Below, piece by piece: positions 24,418 to 37,030 of a stretch of DNA of 64,000 nt; positions within the stretch are counted from its first letter, which is position 1; each line of letters starts with the position of its first letter. The DNA is from Podarcis erhardii (lineage: Eukaryota), in assembly GCA_964252035.1 (NCBI GenBank), contig OZ176210.1. One strand, 5' to 3'. A program made the position numbers and the translations under genes. Under the pieces are notes generated by a model. That model had not been told where the DNA came from, made no database searches, and saw only the letters and a list, made by a program, of their open reading frames with translations.

Positions 24418-25179
24418 CACAGGATTGCCATTGGTATTGCTTGCTTTTAAGTCCGTACGCACACTTTGGCCTTAAATTTCAAGCGATGCAACAGTTGGAA
24501 GGGCCCGCTCATATAAAATCATCTTGTTAAGTTTCCATCATATGCAACAAGTGGTTCAGAATATGGATGATCCAAGTGATTCATAAAGAAAATAACTGCT
24601 TTTTGAACATAGCCGGATGGGAGAAGGGGTTGATTTCAACAGAGAGAAAAATAATAACATACAGGAAATCAATAAGGAGGACCCGGGAAAGAGTAGCCAT
24701 TCTTTTCCAGTGCAATTAAGTATGACCCAGGGAGTCTTTTAGCCCTCCGGTGTAGATTTTCAGGGGACACTGACTGCAGGAGGAAATTAGAAATTGCTAA
24801 AAATTCATCCATGTACTCTATAAGTAGAATTTAAAACAATGGTCATACCTGATCTTATCTAAATGGATGTGGTTGCAGAAAGATGGATTGATGCCAATGT
24901 GGTTTTAAAAATTTCCAAGCATACAGACATTGTGTAAATATCAAGAAGATAAGCTTCCAGATGAAGGAGGACATTGGCGTATTTCATTTATGAATTCACA
25001 GTTCTAAATTTTGGCATGAGTACCAAAATTGTCCTTATTTAGAGGTACAGTATTCTAACAGCCATTTCCAAAACAGAATCTTTCCCTGTAAAATTCATTG
25101 GGAAGAAGCAACAACAGGAATGCAACTTGAAACTGTTGCAGGACCCCCCCCCCCCGCAATCATTCAGTTTGTACAAACA

Positions 25180-25221
<42 letters not shown>

Positions 25222-25302
25222 CATACACGACGCTTCTGTTATAAATTCATAGAAAATCAGCAGTACATCAGATCTGTACCGTTCAACTTTTATTTTAGAC
25301 CA

Positions 25303-25901
25303 TGAAGGAAGGACTATCAAAGGGGGGGGGGAGAGACTAGACACAAGGCAGCCATAATCCCCAAGTGTACCAACACATTCACAGCAAGCCCTACCCAGTT
25401 GGCATGCCAACCTTGATGGTCCTAGACAGAAGATCATTACACTCACAAAGGACCTGCGTATGGAAGTGGATTCAGTACAGACTGAAACAAAGGACAGTGA
25501 CCAGCCCTTCCCTCTGGGGGCAGGAAACAGTGAACTCCTCTTTGTCCTCAGGAATGTAATCATGGGGAGGGGGAAAGGAGGAACCGGACAGGTGACAAGA
25601 CACTCAGGTTACCACCACAACTCCTCCCTGAACCCCTCCTCTTTGTGATGTGTCAATAATGTAGTTGTGATGTAGTTATGATGTAGTCTTAGGGGTGTAG
25701 CATGGGGGATTAGTAGCTAATAAAAGTAGGGGTCTTCTTTTGTTCAGGGCTTCCATCTTGTTCCACCTTGTGGCAGGTGGGAGTCCTGTCGCAACAGTCT
25801 TCAATAAAGACCAAGCCTACTGGCTGCTGTTTTGCTCTGGTATTCCTGGCTGGTGTCCTTGTTTTTTTGTCCAAGGGAGCCCTCAGATTTTTCCATTTAC
25901 A
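25303..25901 (+). mobile_element. ERV-like solo LTR, 599 bp
   Basis: TGAAGG...TTTACA termini, TATA-like TAATAAAAG 25718-26, AATAAA 25803-08, degenerate 6-bp TSD AGACCA/AAACTA. Confidence 0.7.
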
Positions 25902-27171
25902 AAACTACTGAATTACAATACATCAGGAGCGTCAATGGTGTGACTTGCAGATTGAACAAAGAATGCTTAGCACATTATATGTGTCAACAATGATATAATG
26001 TCAACAGAGAAGTTGTCTAACTTCTCCCATCATCCGTGACCATTGGTGACATGGGGTGCATGGGAGCTGTGTTACTTCCATGCTAGGTTCCTGTTCTGAA
26101 TTGCTCCCCCAAAACTGCCATTTACCCTTTAAAAGCTATTTGCTCAACTAGCCATTTTGTGAAGGGTCAGCTTGTCTAGTCTGGCCCTACTCTCAGGCAA
26201 AATGAGGGGGGTGAAGTGCTGGAGAACAGAGCTATATGTGCTTCACAGCCTGCTATGTGCCATCTATGTAAGCCCACTGTCCTCAGGCATGGCCCCCCCA
26301 CCACCAGTTTTGAAGTGAGATTCAGTTAGCCCTCTCTTGATTTCTCTTATCTAAATAAGATACCTTTATACCTTTATAGGTAAAAAATTATGGGATAAGA
26401 TAAAGATGAGCTTGGGCACACAGCTGTCTCCAGTGGTAGCCAGTGAAATGGTGTGACTTTCTCTTCCTTCATCTTCTTCTGTTTTTGTTGCCAGGGCTTT
26501 CCAGCCCACAACAAATATGGCTTAAGGTTTCAGCAACTTTCCAATGAAAATCAATGGTTCTGGATAGATATCCAGTAGCGAAATCTGTACAGGAGTGTTA
26601 GCTCAGCTTTGGACTTGTAGATTTGACCTCCTGAGTCCACTCTGCCTTGGCTTCAGTGCCTTTGTGAATTGCTCGGCCATAGAAAACTTTAGGTACCCGA
26701 TGCCATACCATGTCCTTTCACAAATGCTTTCTTTTCACACTTTAGATGACTTTCTTAGCGGAAAACTCAAAATACAATCTTTTAATATACATTAGAGATT
26801 AAATATAGGGATCTTAAAAAAAACAAACCCAACACATGTTTTGGAGACTCTTAGAATTTCATCAGTCAATAAGCATTTTAGCCATGCTTCCTTCAAAAGG
26901 TGTGCTACAGTTGTCCTTTTCTGCTTTGCAGCCAATCAAATAGGCAAAGGTAGCAAGAAAGGAAGAACTATCCAAAGCACACAAATAGCTTTCCTTATGA
27001 ACAGCATTGCAGATTTATAGGACAATGTGGTCTAAGAACACCAATAGTAAATCGCAGGCAGACACTGGAAATAACTCCATTCTAAGAAATATTTTTTTGC
27101 AACCAATCATTCTCCTATATCTGATAGCAACAATGTCCAATTAAGACTCTCTTTTGTGATATAATAAGCTT

Positions 27172-27173
<2 letters not shown>

Positions 27174-27218
<45 letters not shown>
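27174..27218. repeat. (CT)n microsatellite
   Basis: Direct reading. Confidence 0.95.
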
Positions 27219-27219
<1 letters not shown>

Positions 27220-28238
27220 AAAAAAATAAAAAATATTTCTTGTCATCTGGCACTAGAAAGGGGTGTTTCAAAACCCCATGAAAAGAAAGATATTGAAAAA
27301 ATTCCAGCTGGGTTTTTACAGACATAAACTTTGGACAATGTTCAAACAGCCCACAGAATGTCTTGCTTATGTGATCCTTTAATGTTTTTGACCCTTGTCT
27401 GCTGTGAACCTTTATCTTCTCTGCCTCTTGGCTGCCGAGAGTTTTATCAAGCAATAAATCCAGAAAGCCTATACTTAGTTTCCACCCGTTTTGGAATGCA
27501 AGCCAGGTGAAGGTGGTAAAAAAGCGTCTGAGCAACAAGCCGAGGCAGGCGGGCAGGGGGAACCCTAAAATAGCACACGTTTTGTAGTTCTGCCAGCGGG
27601 TCAGGGAGGAGATGGGACTGAGTGGTGTGCCAGTTTCGCACTGTGAAGAAGAGGTGGGCCAGGAAGAAGAGAGAAAAGGTGGGCCTCGGGGGCAGGGTGG
27701 GAGAGCCAGCAAAGCTCAAATCTCACCTGAATGCTGCAGGAGGGAAACAGAAGAAGGAATAGGTGTGTAACTGGACGCGAGGCAAGGAGCCCTTCAGTGC
27801 TTTATGATGTTCATGGCTAGTTGTAAACACTCTGGGGGGTTGTGGAGACACTGTTGCTGTGTTTGCATAGACACATGCAGCATCTCAGTCATAAGTGTGA
27901 AGTCAATACAATAATTTTTGATAGGGAATTAACACGACATTGTGACTTTTCTCTGCTATTTCCTCACGATGCAGCCTTCTTTTGAATGTGGCCACACAAA
28001 GCCACTTTGAGTCAAACTTTCCCCACCCTTGTCTCCACACGATTGCTCAGAGAAACTTTTTCATAGGCCAACTAGGAAATGTATTAAATAATAATAATAA
28101 TCTAATGGGGTTTTTTAAAACAACAACAACAACAACCTGCTGGTTTAAGATCACAAGGATATATTATGCCAGCTCACGCTCCGTAAAAGCAGAAGAGTGG
28201 AGACTAAGGCCAATACTTTAAGAAATGTGCCTTGCAAT

Positions 28239-28619
28239 TAGGGATGTGTGGATCTCTCCATTTCTGTTTCCCCATTTCTCAGTTTTTCAATCATAAATTC
28301 AATTCTCCACATTAGTGCGAATATCTCCTAATATATACACTTCTATGCAATTTTAGCCCAATAGGCATGTTTTTCGCCATACATTTTCCCTCCTATAATG
28401 CAATTCTTGTATGTTATCTTCATAAATATATGTCTTTTTCTGCACACTTTACCCTAGTATTTGCATTTTTGTACACACCACTTGGCTGACAAACAGTACT
28501 GCAAAAGTTGGAGAAGTGTGAATTTTGAAAAGCTGCTTTTTTCCAGTTCATGTATTGTTTGGGGGCATGAATTAGGTAGGTTTCGCCTTGAAATGAACTG
28601 AGTATCTTCTCCATCCTTA
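28239..28619 (+). mobile_element. Old hAT-type non-autonomous element
   Basis: TAGGGATG / CATCCTTA ends, 6/8 TSD CTTGCAAT/CCTGCCAT. A diverged second copy lies at ~57385-57782. Confidence 0.6.
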
Positions 28620-31179
28620 CCTGCCATCAGCAGCGAGGTTGCGCAATGTCACAAACTGTGCTTGCTTACAATTTACCCTCCAAGCTCCCAGACTTTCCTT
28701 GGTCTTTCAGGCCCAACTGCAGATGGAGATGATGGAGTACCTGGGACCAGCAAACATAGCTTACATTGTCTTGGGCCTGTATTGCCCCATGAAGCTGCTG
28801 AGCCTTTCTGTATTACTAAAGGAATCCACCTGTGCTTTGGCCCATTCATGTTTGCTGCTTACATCAGTAGCTGGCAAAATAGCTTAAGGAGTGGGAGATG
28901 TGAGACAATTCCAGTACCAGAGCCTTAATTCTTATCTTAAACCAACGGGTTTTTTGATCATTGAATTTCCTTGGCTTTTGCAAAGAAAATGTATTAAAAT
29001 ATTATGGTCTGTTAACCATGAAAGTCATTGTTTTGTATCTACTAATTTTGAATATAATTGCGCGTTTCCAATTATATGTCCACTTCCATTCACACTCTGA
29101 ACTCTACACTGCACCGCAGCCTGTTGTGAGGAATACATATAACAGACTGAAATGCAATTAACAGTGTTACAGCATGAAGCTGAACAAAGCTTGGTCTGGA
29201 GCCTAACAATAATGTTTATTTTAAGCAGCTAACCATATGCCATTTCATTATTATTTTTTTAAGTTAAAAAGGAAATGAAGAGTTTAAATCCCTTTGTGTT
29301 CTGTAGCCTGACATAGACAAACTGGTCCAGTTCTCGCAGCCACTTCCCCAACCAGGGCCAAGAATTGACAGAGGTACCACTGCCCTCAGGATCACCTGCA
29401 CACTGTGTTTCACTCTCACTCTCTGCTAAAAATCAGGACACCCACCCCTCCAATTTATTTATTTGGAAAGATGTATAAACCACTTAACCAGAGAGCTTTC
29501 CAAGTTGTGTACAACTGCCCCCCTAAATCAGGTAAATCCATAAAAATACTTAACTAATTGACCAGTTGTGTCATAGATAACTCGGCTCTGCCCCTCCCTA
29601 ACTAACATAATGCCTGCATCCCCCATAAATCCTGGCTACGCCCATGGTCAGGCATGTGGGTGTGATGGAGGGGGCGTTCCTGCTATCCCCACCACTCAAA
29701 CAGAGTGACCACTGTATCCTTAGTTCACAAATATTACTGTTACACCACCTACTAGCCCTAGGAGGGAGGGGAATTTATCCAGTCTGACTTGTGACATACT
29801 ACTCTATAGGCCAGTAAAGCCGCCCGAGTCAGGCAAAAGTGAGCTTCACCGTGATTTGGAGTGAGGAGCAGGTTCATAGTCATACTAAATAATGCACATT
29901 TCACAAAAGCAGGCTTAGTCTTTCATTTTCCTTCTTAATATTGTCAATTTACTGTAAGCAGATGGACTCTTCTTTGCAAAGGCCCCAATAAATCTTCCTG
30001 CTACCAGATGAAAAGGAAGGATTTATTCTACTCTCGTCTTCTAAATTTTACTCACCACTCAAAGTATGTTATTCTTGCAGCTGGCATTTCAAATGTCTTA
30101 GAAGAATTTATCACTCAAAAGGCTTATGCAAGGACTAAATTATACTAATGAATTGACAATGAATTTGAAGCCTTACATGAGGCCAAATATTTTCTGGCTT
30201 CACTTCTGTATCTCAGCAAACGGCTTAATTTTCTCCCTAGTTATCCATTACTGCTAAATTTGCTCGCTATTATGTTAGGAAATTGCAGCAAACATTGGCT
30301 TACCCTGGGCCCTAGGCTGAGAAAATGCAAGGTGGAAGCCTGCCACAGCCCTGGCAAGGTAGGAACCCTGTTTCCACTTTCTACTTTTGCCAAGCTGAAT
30401 GATCAATTTTACTTTTCAACAGCAACAGAGTTGTTCTTATGAGCAGCACAACAAACACATTATTAGAAGGTAACGTTTAAAGGTTTGCAGAAGAGTGTGC
30501 CATGCAGTCCCAGGCATGTCTGCTTAGAAATAAGCCCCATTCAGAAGCAAGCCCTATAGCCAGGTTAACTGTGTACCAAATTGCAGCCTAAATTACATCA
30601 ATGAACTGCTTGCACATTAGGAGTGCAACAGAATGCCAAATACAACCAAGGTTTGTGTGCACCCATGTCAATGAAATCAAATTGCAAAAAAAAAACATTA
30701 CCGGAGAGATTCAAGACAATAAATAAATGGATCAATGTCAGGTGCCCTTCCAGTTCCCTGTTCGGACACACAGCCAGCAACTGCTCCCCCCACTTGGAAT
30801 GAATTTTTGTGCATGAAAACACACACACACACAGTCCTGTATTTAATTTTCTTCTGGCAAATGTCATGACTGGAACATTTGCAACCAGTCACAAGGTTTT
30901 GAAATAATTGTTCTTGAAACATGTTTTTAAGTTAACTAACTAATGCATAATACAGAACAAATGAGCCCTGTTAGAGCTCTGTGGGTGTTTGCAGGAGCAC
31001 CCAGCAGGGCTTGTCATGTTTCCTATATAGAAGTTTTGAAGTTTCCTCATTACATAATTGTTGCATTGTTGAAAGCTTCTGAAGAAGCTGCTGCATGCTA
31101 TCATTTCCTATAAGATGTTCCAGGTAGCATGTTTCCAACGATGGATCGAAGTCATCAATGATCCTTGGAGTCACTAGGT

Positions 31180-31357
31180 GGAGAAAGCCTATGGGTCAGT
31201 GGTGTAGCATGTCACTTCTATGCAAAGCTTCCAGATTCAGTCCCTGGCATCTCCATCTGAAAAGGGTCAGGCAGCAGCTAATGGGAAAGCCTGAGACCCT
31301 GGAGAACTACTGCCAGTCAAAGTCAACTATGACTCAGATTATGGTCTGAGTTGGTTT
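31180..31357 (+). mobile_element. Decayed tRNA-derived SINE (Squam3-like)
   Basis: GGTCAGTGGTGTAGCAT...CCCTGGCATCTCC...GAGACCCTGGAGAACTACTGCCAGTCA. Confidence 0.5.
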
Positions 31358-31415
31358 CTTATTTTCCACAGAAAGGACTGTTTGGTGCCCCTGTTCTGAA
31401 ATACAATCTTACACC

Positions 31416-31681
31416 CAGTGCTTTTTTTCTAAAAAAATATTTAGGGGTACTCTCATTTTCCTACTCATATTGAAATACTGCCCCTCAATGAGGCCAAACT
31501 TAGATTCACAAAATGTTTAAGGTAAGGTTACCAGATTTTTTTCATTGAATCCAGCGACACTTTTCAACTTCAATGGATTTTGTATGGGGACTGATTTGTA
31601 AATCTGGGGATTGTCCCCGGGAAACAGGGGCTTCTGGTAACCTAAGTTTAGGGGTATGCGTCCCCCCAGAAAAAAGCACTG
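31416..31681. mobile_element. MITE (CAGTGCTTTTTTTCT TIR) with a nested TAAGGTTACC...GGTAACCTA MITE at 31523-31644
   Basis: Two concentric TIR pairs. The inner element has a near-TSD GTTTAAGG/AGTTTAGG. Confidence 0.65.
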
Positions 31682-31879
31682 AGAATACTGAATTAATAGG
31701 GTTTCATCACTGGTTTGATGTGGTCAAGTAAAAAGAAGCTTAGACAAGACCAAAGTATTTTTAGTCAGCAATGGTGATCTGTCAATGAGAATACAATGTT
31801 TTGGGCAGGACTGCACTGCTACGATCCAGGGGCTCCTGGAACCAGCTTCGCTCCTGAGTTTTCAGGATCAGCTGTGGTC

Positions 31880-32750
31880 AAGAGTGCCTTTGCCAGCTGT
31901 GACTGGTGTACCAAGTGCCTGAAGGGACTTCAACACCCATGCAGAGTTCATGGCTGCCAAGAAAGGCTGCTCCAACATGTCACCGGCCCAACACATGTAG
32001 CAGGCCACGCTCTGGACCTTGTATTCCCAACTGGGCAGGAAGAGGGTGAACCAGAAGTGGGGAATATTGACATCAGTCCCTTGTCCTGGTCAGATTACTT
32101 CCTGTTGAGATTTAGGCTTCAGCACCTTTTCCCCTCCGCAGAGGCAGGGGTTATATTAAGATGGTCCACTCTCAGAGACTGATGGATGCAGTAGGCTTCC
32201 AGGCAGCTCTGGGGGATTTTCCGGCTGATATAACTGGCACTCCTGTCAAAGCCCTGACTGATCTCTGGAACAACTGAATAGCTCGGGCCATTGACATGAT
32301 AGCTCCTGAGCACCCTCTCTCACTTTATGGAGCCTGTTTGGCTCCCTGGTATACTCCAGAGCTTAGGGTGAGCAAACAAGCTGGGAGATGGCTTGAACAC
32401 AAGTGGAGGAAAGATCTGACTGAATGCAACCCAACACAGGCAAGGGCTCATCATTGAGCCTACCTAGTGGCAGTGAAGGCAGCAAAGAAGGCATACAATT
32501 CCTCATTCTGCTATCCAGCAGAGATATTCTGGGTAGTACGGGGCTTGTTACAGGAGGTGGCAGAACTGACAGCAGCTCCCTGTGACTTGTTTGCAAAGCA
32601 TTTTGGAGATAAAATCATTGGCATCCATTGGCATCTCAAAGGGTTTCCAGAGCACAGCCTAGTCCTGTTATGTTGGATGAGTTTCAGTTGGTAAAGTTTG
32701 AGGATGCAGACAAGGTGTGTGGATTGGTCAGGTCAACCACATGCACTCTG
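31880..32750 (+). mobile_element. Decayed L2-clade LINE ORF2 (APE endonuclease C-terminus into linker)
   Basis: QHVTGPTHVAGHALDLVF...SPLSWSDYFL matches the APE PTH..GH.LDL...SDH motif. Frameshifts and stops follow. Confidence 0.75.
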
Positions 32751-32889
32751 GAGCACAGAAAAATGCATTTTATTAGGAGAAATTATTTGTCTAAACTGCA
32801 TACACAAACTTAGCAGGAACTGTTAAACCAGTAATGGGAGCCTATGGCCCTTCAGTGGTTGCTGAACTACAGCTCCCATCATCCCTGAT

Positions 32890-33405
32890 CATAGGCGCCG
32901 ACTCCATGGAGCCTGAGGGGGCCCGAGCCCCCGCAAAAATTCGTTTGGGGGGGCTCTGCCCCCCCCAATAATTTAAGAAAATTATTAGTTATATTATGCT
33001 TTGTAAAATCACAAAATTATGTTCGTATTTTTTATTTTCCTTGTTTGACGATAGTTACCTTTTAAAATACATTCAGTAATGAGTTAAAACAAAGCCACTC
33101 CCGATCTAGAGAGGGGGTGGGGTTGCGGGCTCTCGACCCATCAACAATCTCGCGGGGCTGGCGTCAGCCCCGCGAGAAGCGGGGATTCCCCCTAGCTCAT
33201 TAATATTCACCGCCCACGGCGGCAGCCAATCGGCTGCCGCAAAGGGCAGGCCCTCACAGGTTCACTTAAGGTCGGGGCAGCCCGGGGCTCGCCCCTTCCG
33301 TTCCCCCAGCAGCAGCGGTTTGGAGGTCTTGGGGCCCCCCAATATTTTTTATAAGTCGGTATGGGCCCCCGCCCCCCCAATATTTTTTATAAGTCGGCGC
33401 CCCTG
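32890..33405. mobile_element. Young CpG-rich hAT-type element nested in an older palindromic MITE
   Basis: TIR CATAGGCGCCGACT / AGTCGGCGCCCCTG. Perfect 8-bp TSD TCCCTGAT. Host MITE halves lie on both sides. Confidence 0.88.
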
Positions 33406-34615
33406 TCCCTGATCCTTGGCTTTGCTGGCTGGGGCTGATGGGAATTGGATGCCCAGCATGGAGGCTCCTCAGCCCTGCTGTTAATAGTGGGTCTTTTAAT
33501 GAGGGCTAAGAGTAGCTGTTTATTTAGGAGGGGGGAAGTCGGGGGTCATTTCCCAACATGCTGCTTACATTTCAAACCTTAAATAAATGTAAAATTGTTT
33601 TAATCAGCTGAACAAATATTTAACATACACTCTCTTTTAAGAGCAGTGTTTGGAAAATCTTCTCTGCACCTCTAAGACATCAGGAATGTATGGAAACTAG
33701 TGACCTGAAAGGTAAAACAAACATTTCAAAAAAGGGGGGAAAAGGCAACACAAACATACCTGGGGGAGGAGGGGATTGCTGAGTCCTGTCTTGTCTGCCT
33801 CACACTAAACCTGACGTGAATGACATTGTTGATTTAGCCTGCTAGTGTTTAGCATTTTCTATTTCGAGGGCAACGAGGGATTGATTTCATAATTAAAAAA
33901 TTCTTCAGCCTTCAAGAACTCATCCTTGTTGTTGAGGCAAGCGATTTGTTTCTAATAAACCGTCGTGGGGTCTGCAATGCTCCGCATGGCTTCATGGTGG
34001 AGTAAATGTTTGTTGACTCTCCACGTTCCAAACACTGAAGGTCATTCATGGCAGAAGTAGCCGGGCTTTCTGTCCACGGCTGTTTGAAAGGATTTGCACA
34101 AATATCTGACAGGAAATTGAAACTTCTTTGAAAAGTCATGTACCTGAATAGTTCTTGTGTAAATACCATAAAAGTGTCATGGGGGGGGGGGGATCCCGCA
34201 CATTTTTATAGGGATAATCCTTAAACACACACACACAAACTTGGCCTTCCCCTTGCCTTCCCAATTCCCACAATATTTTAAAGCCTCTCTTTGACCATTT
34301 TTACAGCAGACAACTCAATTTTATTTAATGACAGAACAGTTTATGATCCCTTTGACATGGCAGTGGAGGCGCATTCACTAAGTGTTTTGTACTGGAAGAA
34401 TGTCATTTAAATTGGTGGAAGAAGGTTCTAATCAATAAATGCCTTCCTCATGCCAGGAGGAATGAAGGAATTAGCCAAATCCTTTCCCCTGGGGACTTGT
34501 CAAAATGGGGGCTTGAGCATCTTTCAGAAGCATTGTAAGGGCTTTCCGTTTGGGTCTGCTTTTGCCAGCAGACATAAGCCAGTCAGCAGGAATGAATTTT
34601 TATTGTGTATTTATT

Positions 34616-34665
<50 letters not shown>

Positions 34666-34783
34666 TTTCTCCATCCTGGCATTCCAAGAGGCATAACCAC
34701 AATTCAAGGACACATTCCAGCCAAGCAAATGCACTCAAGGAGGAGGCAGAGCATATCTGGTGAGGGTTGTGTCCCAAGGAGAT

Positions 34784-35230
34784 GATGTGGCCTGGGGGAA
34801 TTCCTGAGTGACACAGAGAGAGGACCAGAGAGACCCAACTAGCCCCCAGGCCATGGGTTCCCTAACCCTGCAATACAAGATTGGAGCCTGGGAACTAGAC
34901 CTTATGTGAGATGGAAATCAGGAATTCTGAGTGGGATTTCCTGGCATTCCAGATGGTGAGGATGTCATCTGTATACATCAAGTGGACCAGAGAAGCATAG
35001 AGATAGGAGTTGAGGAAGTGGTCTTCCAAATCAGTCATGGAAGCCATGCATGTGCTGTTGAGCTAAATATATAAGCTACCTTTATATTAAATAAATGTAG
35101 GTGAGGGCAATGTTTATCAGATAAATGCAATGTGACATCATCAGCCCTGTGGTCTATCTTTGTAAAAAAAACTTTGGTATGCAGTGCTCTCACATCCATG
35201 ACTGGATTAGTAATGCAGGGTCCAGTGATA
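34784..35230. mobile_element. Possible old LTR-like fragment
   Basis: Composition and motifs are LTR-like. Termini are not resolved. Confidence 0.25.
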
Positions 35231-35249
35231 AAGTTTCCTGCCTATATAG

Positions 35250-35387
35250 CAGTCTTCCCCAAACTGGTGCCCCCCCCCCGATGTTTTAGACCAATTCCCA
35301 TCATCCCTGACCATAAGCTATGGTGGACTGGGTTAATGGAAGTTGTAGTTCAACAATATTTGGAAGGCACCAGGTTAGGAAAGGCAG
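35250..35387. mobile_element. Decayed palindromic MITE
   Basis: CAGTCTTCCCCAAACTGGTGCC / GGCACCAGGTTAGGAAAGGCAG arms with the shared CCCATCATCCCTGA core. Confidence 0.6.
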
Positions 35388-35440
35388 TATATTAAGTAAG
35401 TAAGGAAAGGCATATTAAGTAAGGTTAGGAAAGGCAGTAT

Positions 35441-35485
<45 letters not shown>
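35441..35485. repeat. (AGTA)n microsatellite
   Basis: Direct reading. Confidence 0.9.
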
Positions 35486-35487
<2 letters not shown>

Positions 35488-36133
35488 CTGATTGTTTCCT
35501 ACATTTGGAGGGGTAAGCTTTTCATATTTCATCTTAGCTCTGATCTACAGTAGGTTCAGTGCAAACCTTAAAATACTTTCATTGGTTGGTGACAGAAGTT
35601 TACAGTATTTATTGTTGCTGTTGTTTAAATCACCTAATATCAGCAGTAAGACCCTGGGACTGGGTAAAGGAAATCTCATGATGAGATTCTTATGATAACC
35701 CAATAGGATAATCTTGATTTAAAAATATATATATATATTATTCTGCTCCAGAAATTTCTCCTCTGGTGGTATGAAGTCAGATTCAACAGGTACACACTGC
35801 CATCTAAAGGCCAACATTTGTGTTCTTGCTAACAACATGGACTCTAGGCTTTCGTCAGATTCACTGGACCTCCTCGTACTCTCACAGCTGAAGATCCAGT
35901 TGGAATCTGAAACATAGCTAATCCTGTCTGCAAAAGAAGCAAGTGTCCTTCTCACTTTGCACAAATTGAGAGTGGGGGAGACTCGAACACAATCACATTC
36001 ATCTCAGTGACAGGTTTGCAGGAAACATCCTAGACAAAAATGAATTCATTGACTATCAAGTACTCAACTAGACAGGTATCTTTTGTTAAGCTGCTTTAAA
36101 ACAAGCCTGACTTATCAACAGCTTAATTCCAGT

Positions 36134-36423
36134 GGAGGAGGAGGAGGAGGAGGAGGAGGAGGAAGAGGAAGAAGAAGAAGAGAAGAGTTTGGATTTGATA
36201 TCCCGCCTTTCGCTCCCCTTAAGGAGTCTTAAAGCGGCTAACATTCTCCTTTCCCTTCCTCCCCCACAACAAACACTCTGTGAGGTGAGTAAGGCTGAGA
36301 GACTTCAGAGAAGTGTGACTAGCCCAAGGTCACCCAGCAGCTGCATGTGGAGGAGCGGAGGCCCGAACCCAGTTCACCAGATTAAGAGTCCACCACTCCT
36401 AACCACTACACCATGCTGGCTCC
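36134..36423 (-). mobile_element. tRNA-derived CORE/MIR-like SINE with expanded (CTC)/(TTC) tail
   Basis: Reverse complement of the 10183 family. Confidence 0.88.
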
Positions 36424-36781
36424 CAGCCTCCAAAGTTTCTCCAAAGAACACTAGAAACCAGGGCTGTGTCTAGAGCAAGCAAAATATGACCCATGTGGAC
36501 TCAAGATATGAAAAATGTGTCGCATACGTAGGATAACAGAATCAAACATCAAGGGTAGGAAAGAATGTGGAGGTCAACTAGGCCTTGATCCAGGAATCCA
36601 TGGAGCACCCCTGGCCAAAGACCAACCAGCTTCTGCTTCAATTTGTCCTGCGAAGAAGATGCCACAGAGGAAGTCTGCCCCACAGTTGAAGAACGCTGAC
36701 TGTTTCTCCTAATATTTCTCCTAATATTCTCCTAATATTCTCCTAACGCTGACTGTTTCTCCTAATATTTATCTGAAATCT

Positions 36782-37030
36782 CAGATGGCTTTAAAAAAAG
36801 GATTGAACCAATTCATGGAGGATAAGGCTATCAATTGCTGCCAGCCATGACAGCTATACTCTGCCTCCATGGTCAGAGGCAGTAATGTTTATGAATACTA
36901 GCTGTTAGAAACTACAGGAAGGGAAAGTCTTCTTGTGCTCAGGTCTGACTTGCAGTTTTCCCACAGACATCTGGTTGGCCACTGTGAGAAAAGGATTTTG
37001 TACTAGATGGGCCATCTGGCCTGATCCTGC
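36782..37030 (+). mobile_element. Older CR1-family 3' end
   Basis: Decayed DGFK.GL..FMEDKAIN C-terminus followed by the 3' UTR. Confidence 0.7.

Noticed and set aside
35756-35917. Plus-frame SRLSSDSLDLLVL as a hAT dimerization motif
   Set aside because: The match is too short, with no upstream ERLFS-type motif, TIRs or TSD.
36132-36473. Poly-Glu ORF
   Set aside because: Translation of a SINE's GAG/GAA tail and antisense body.
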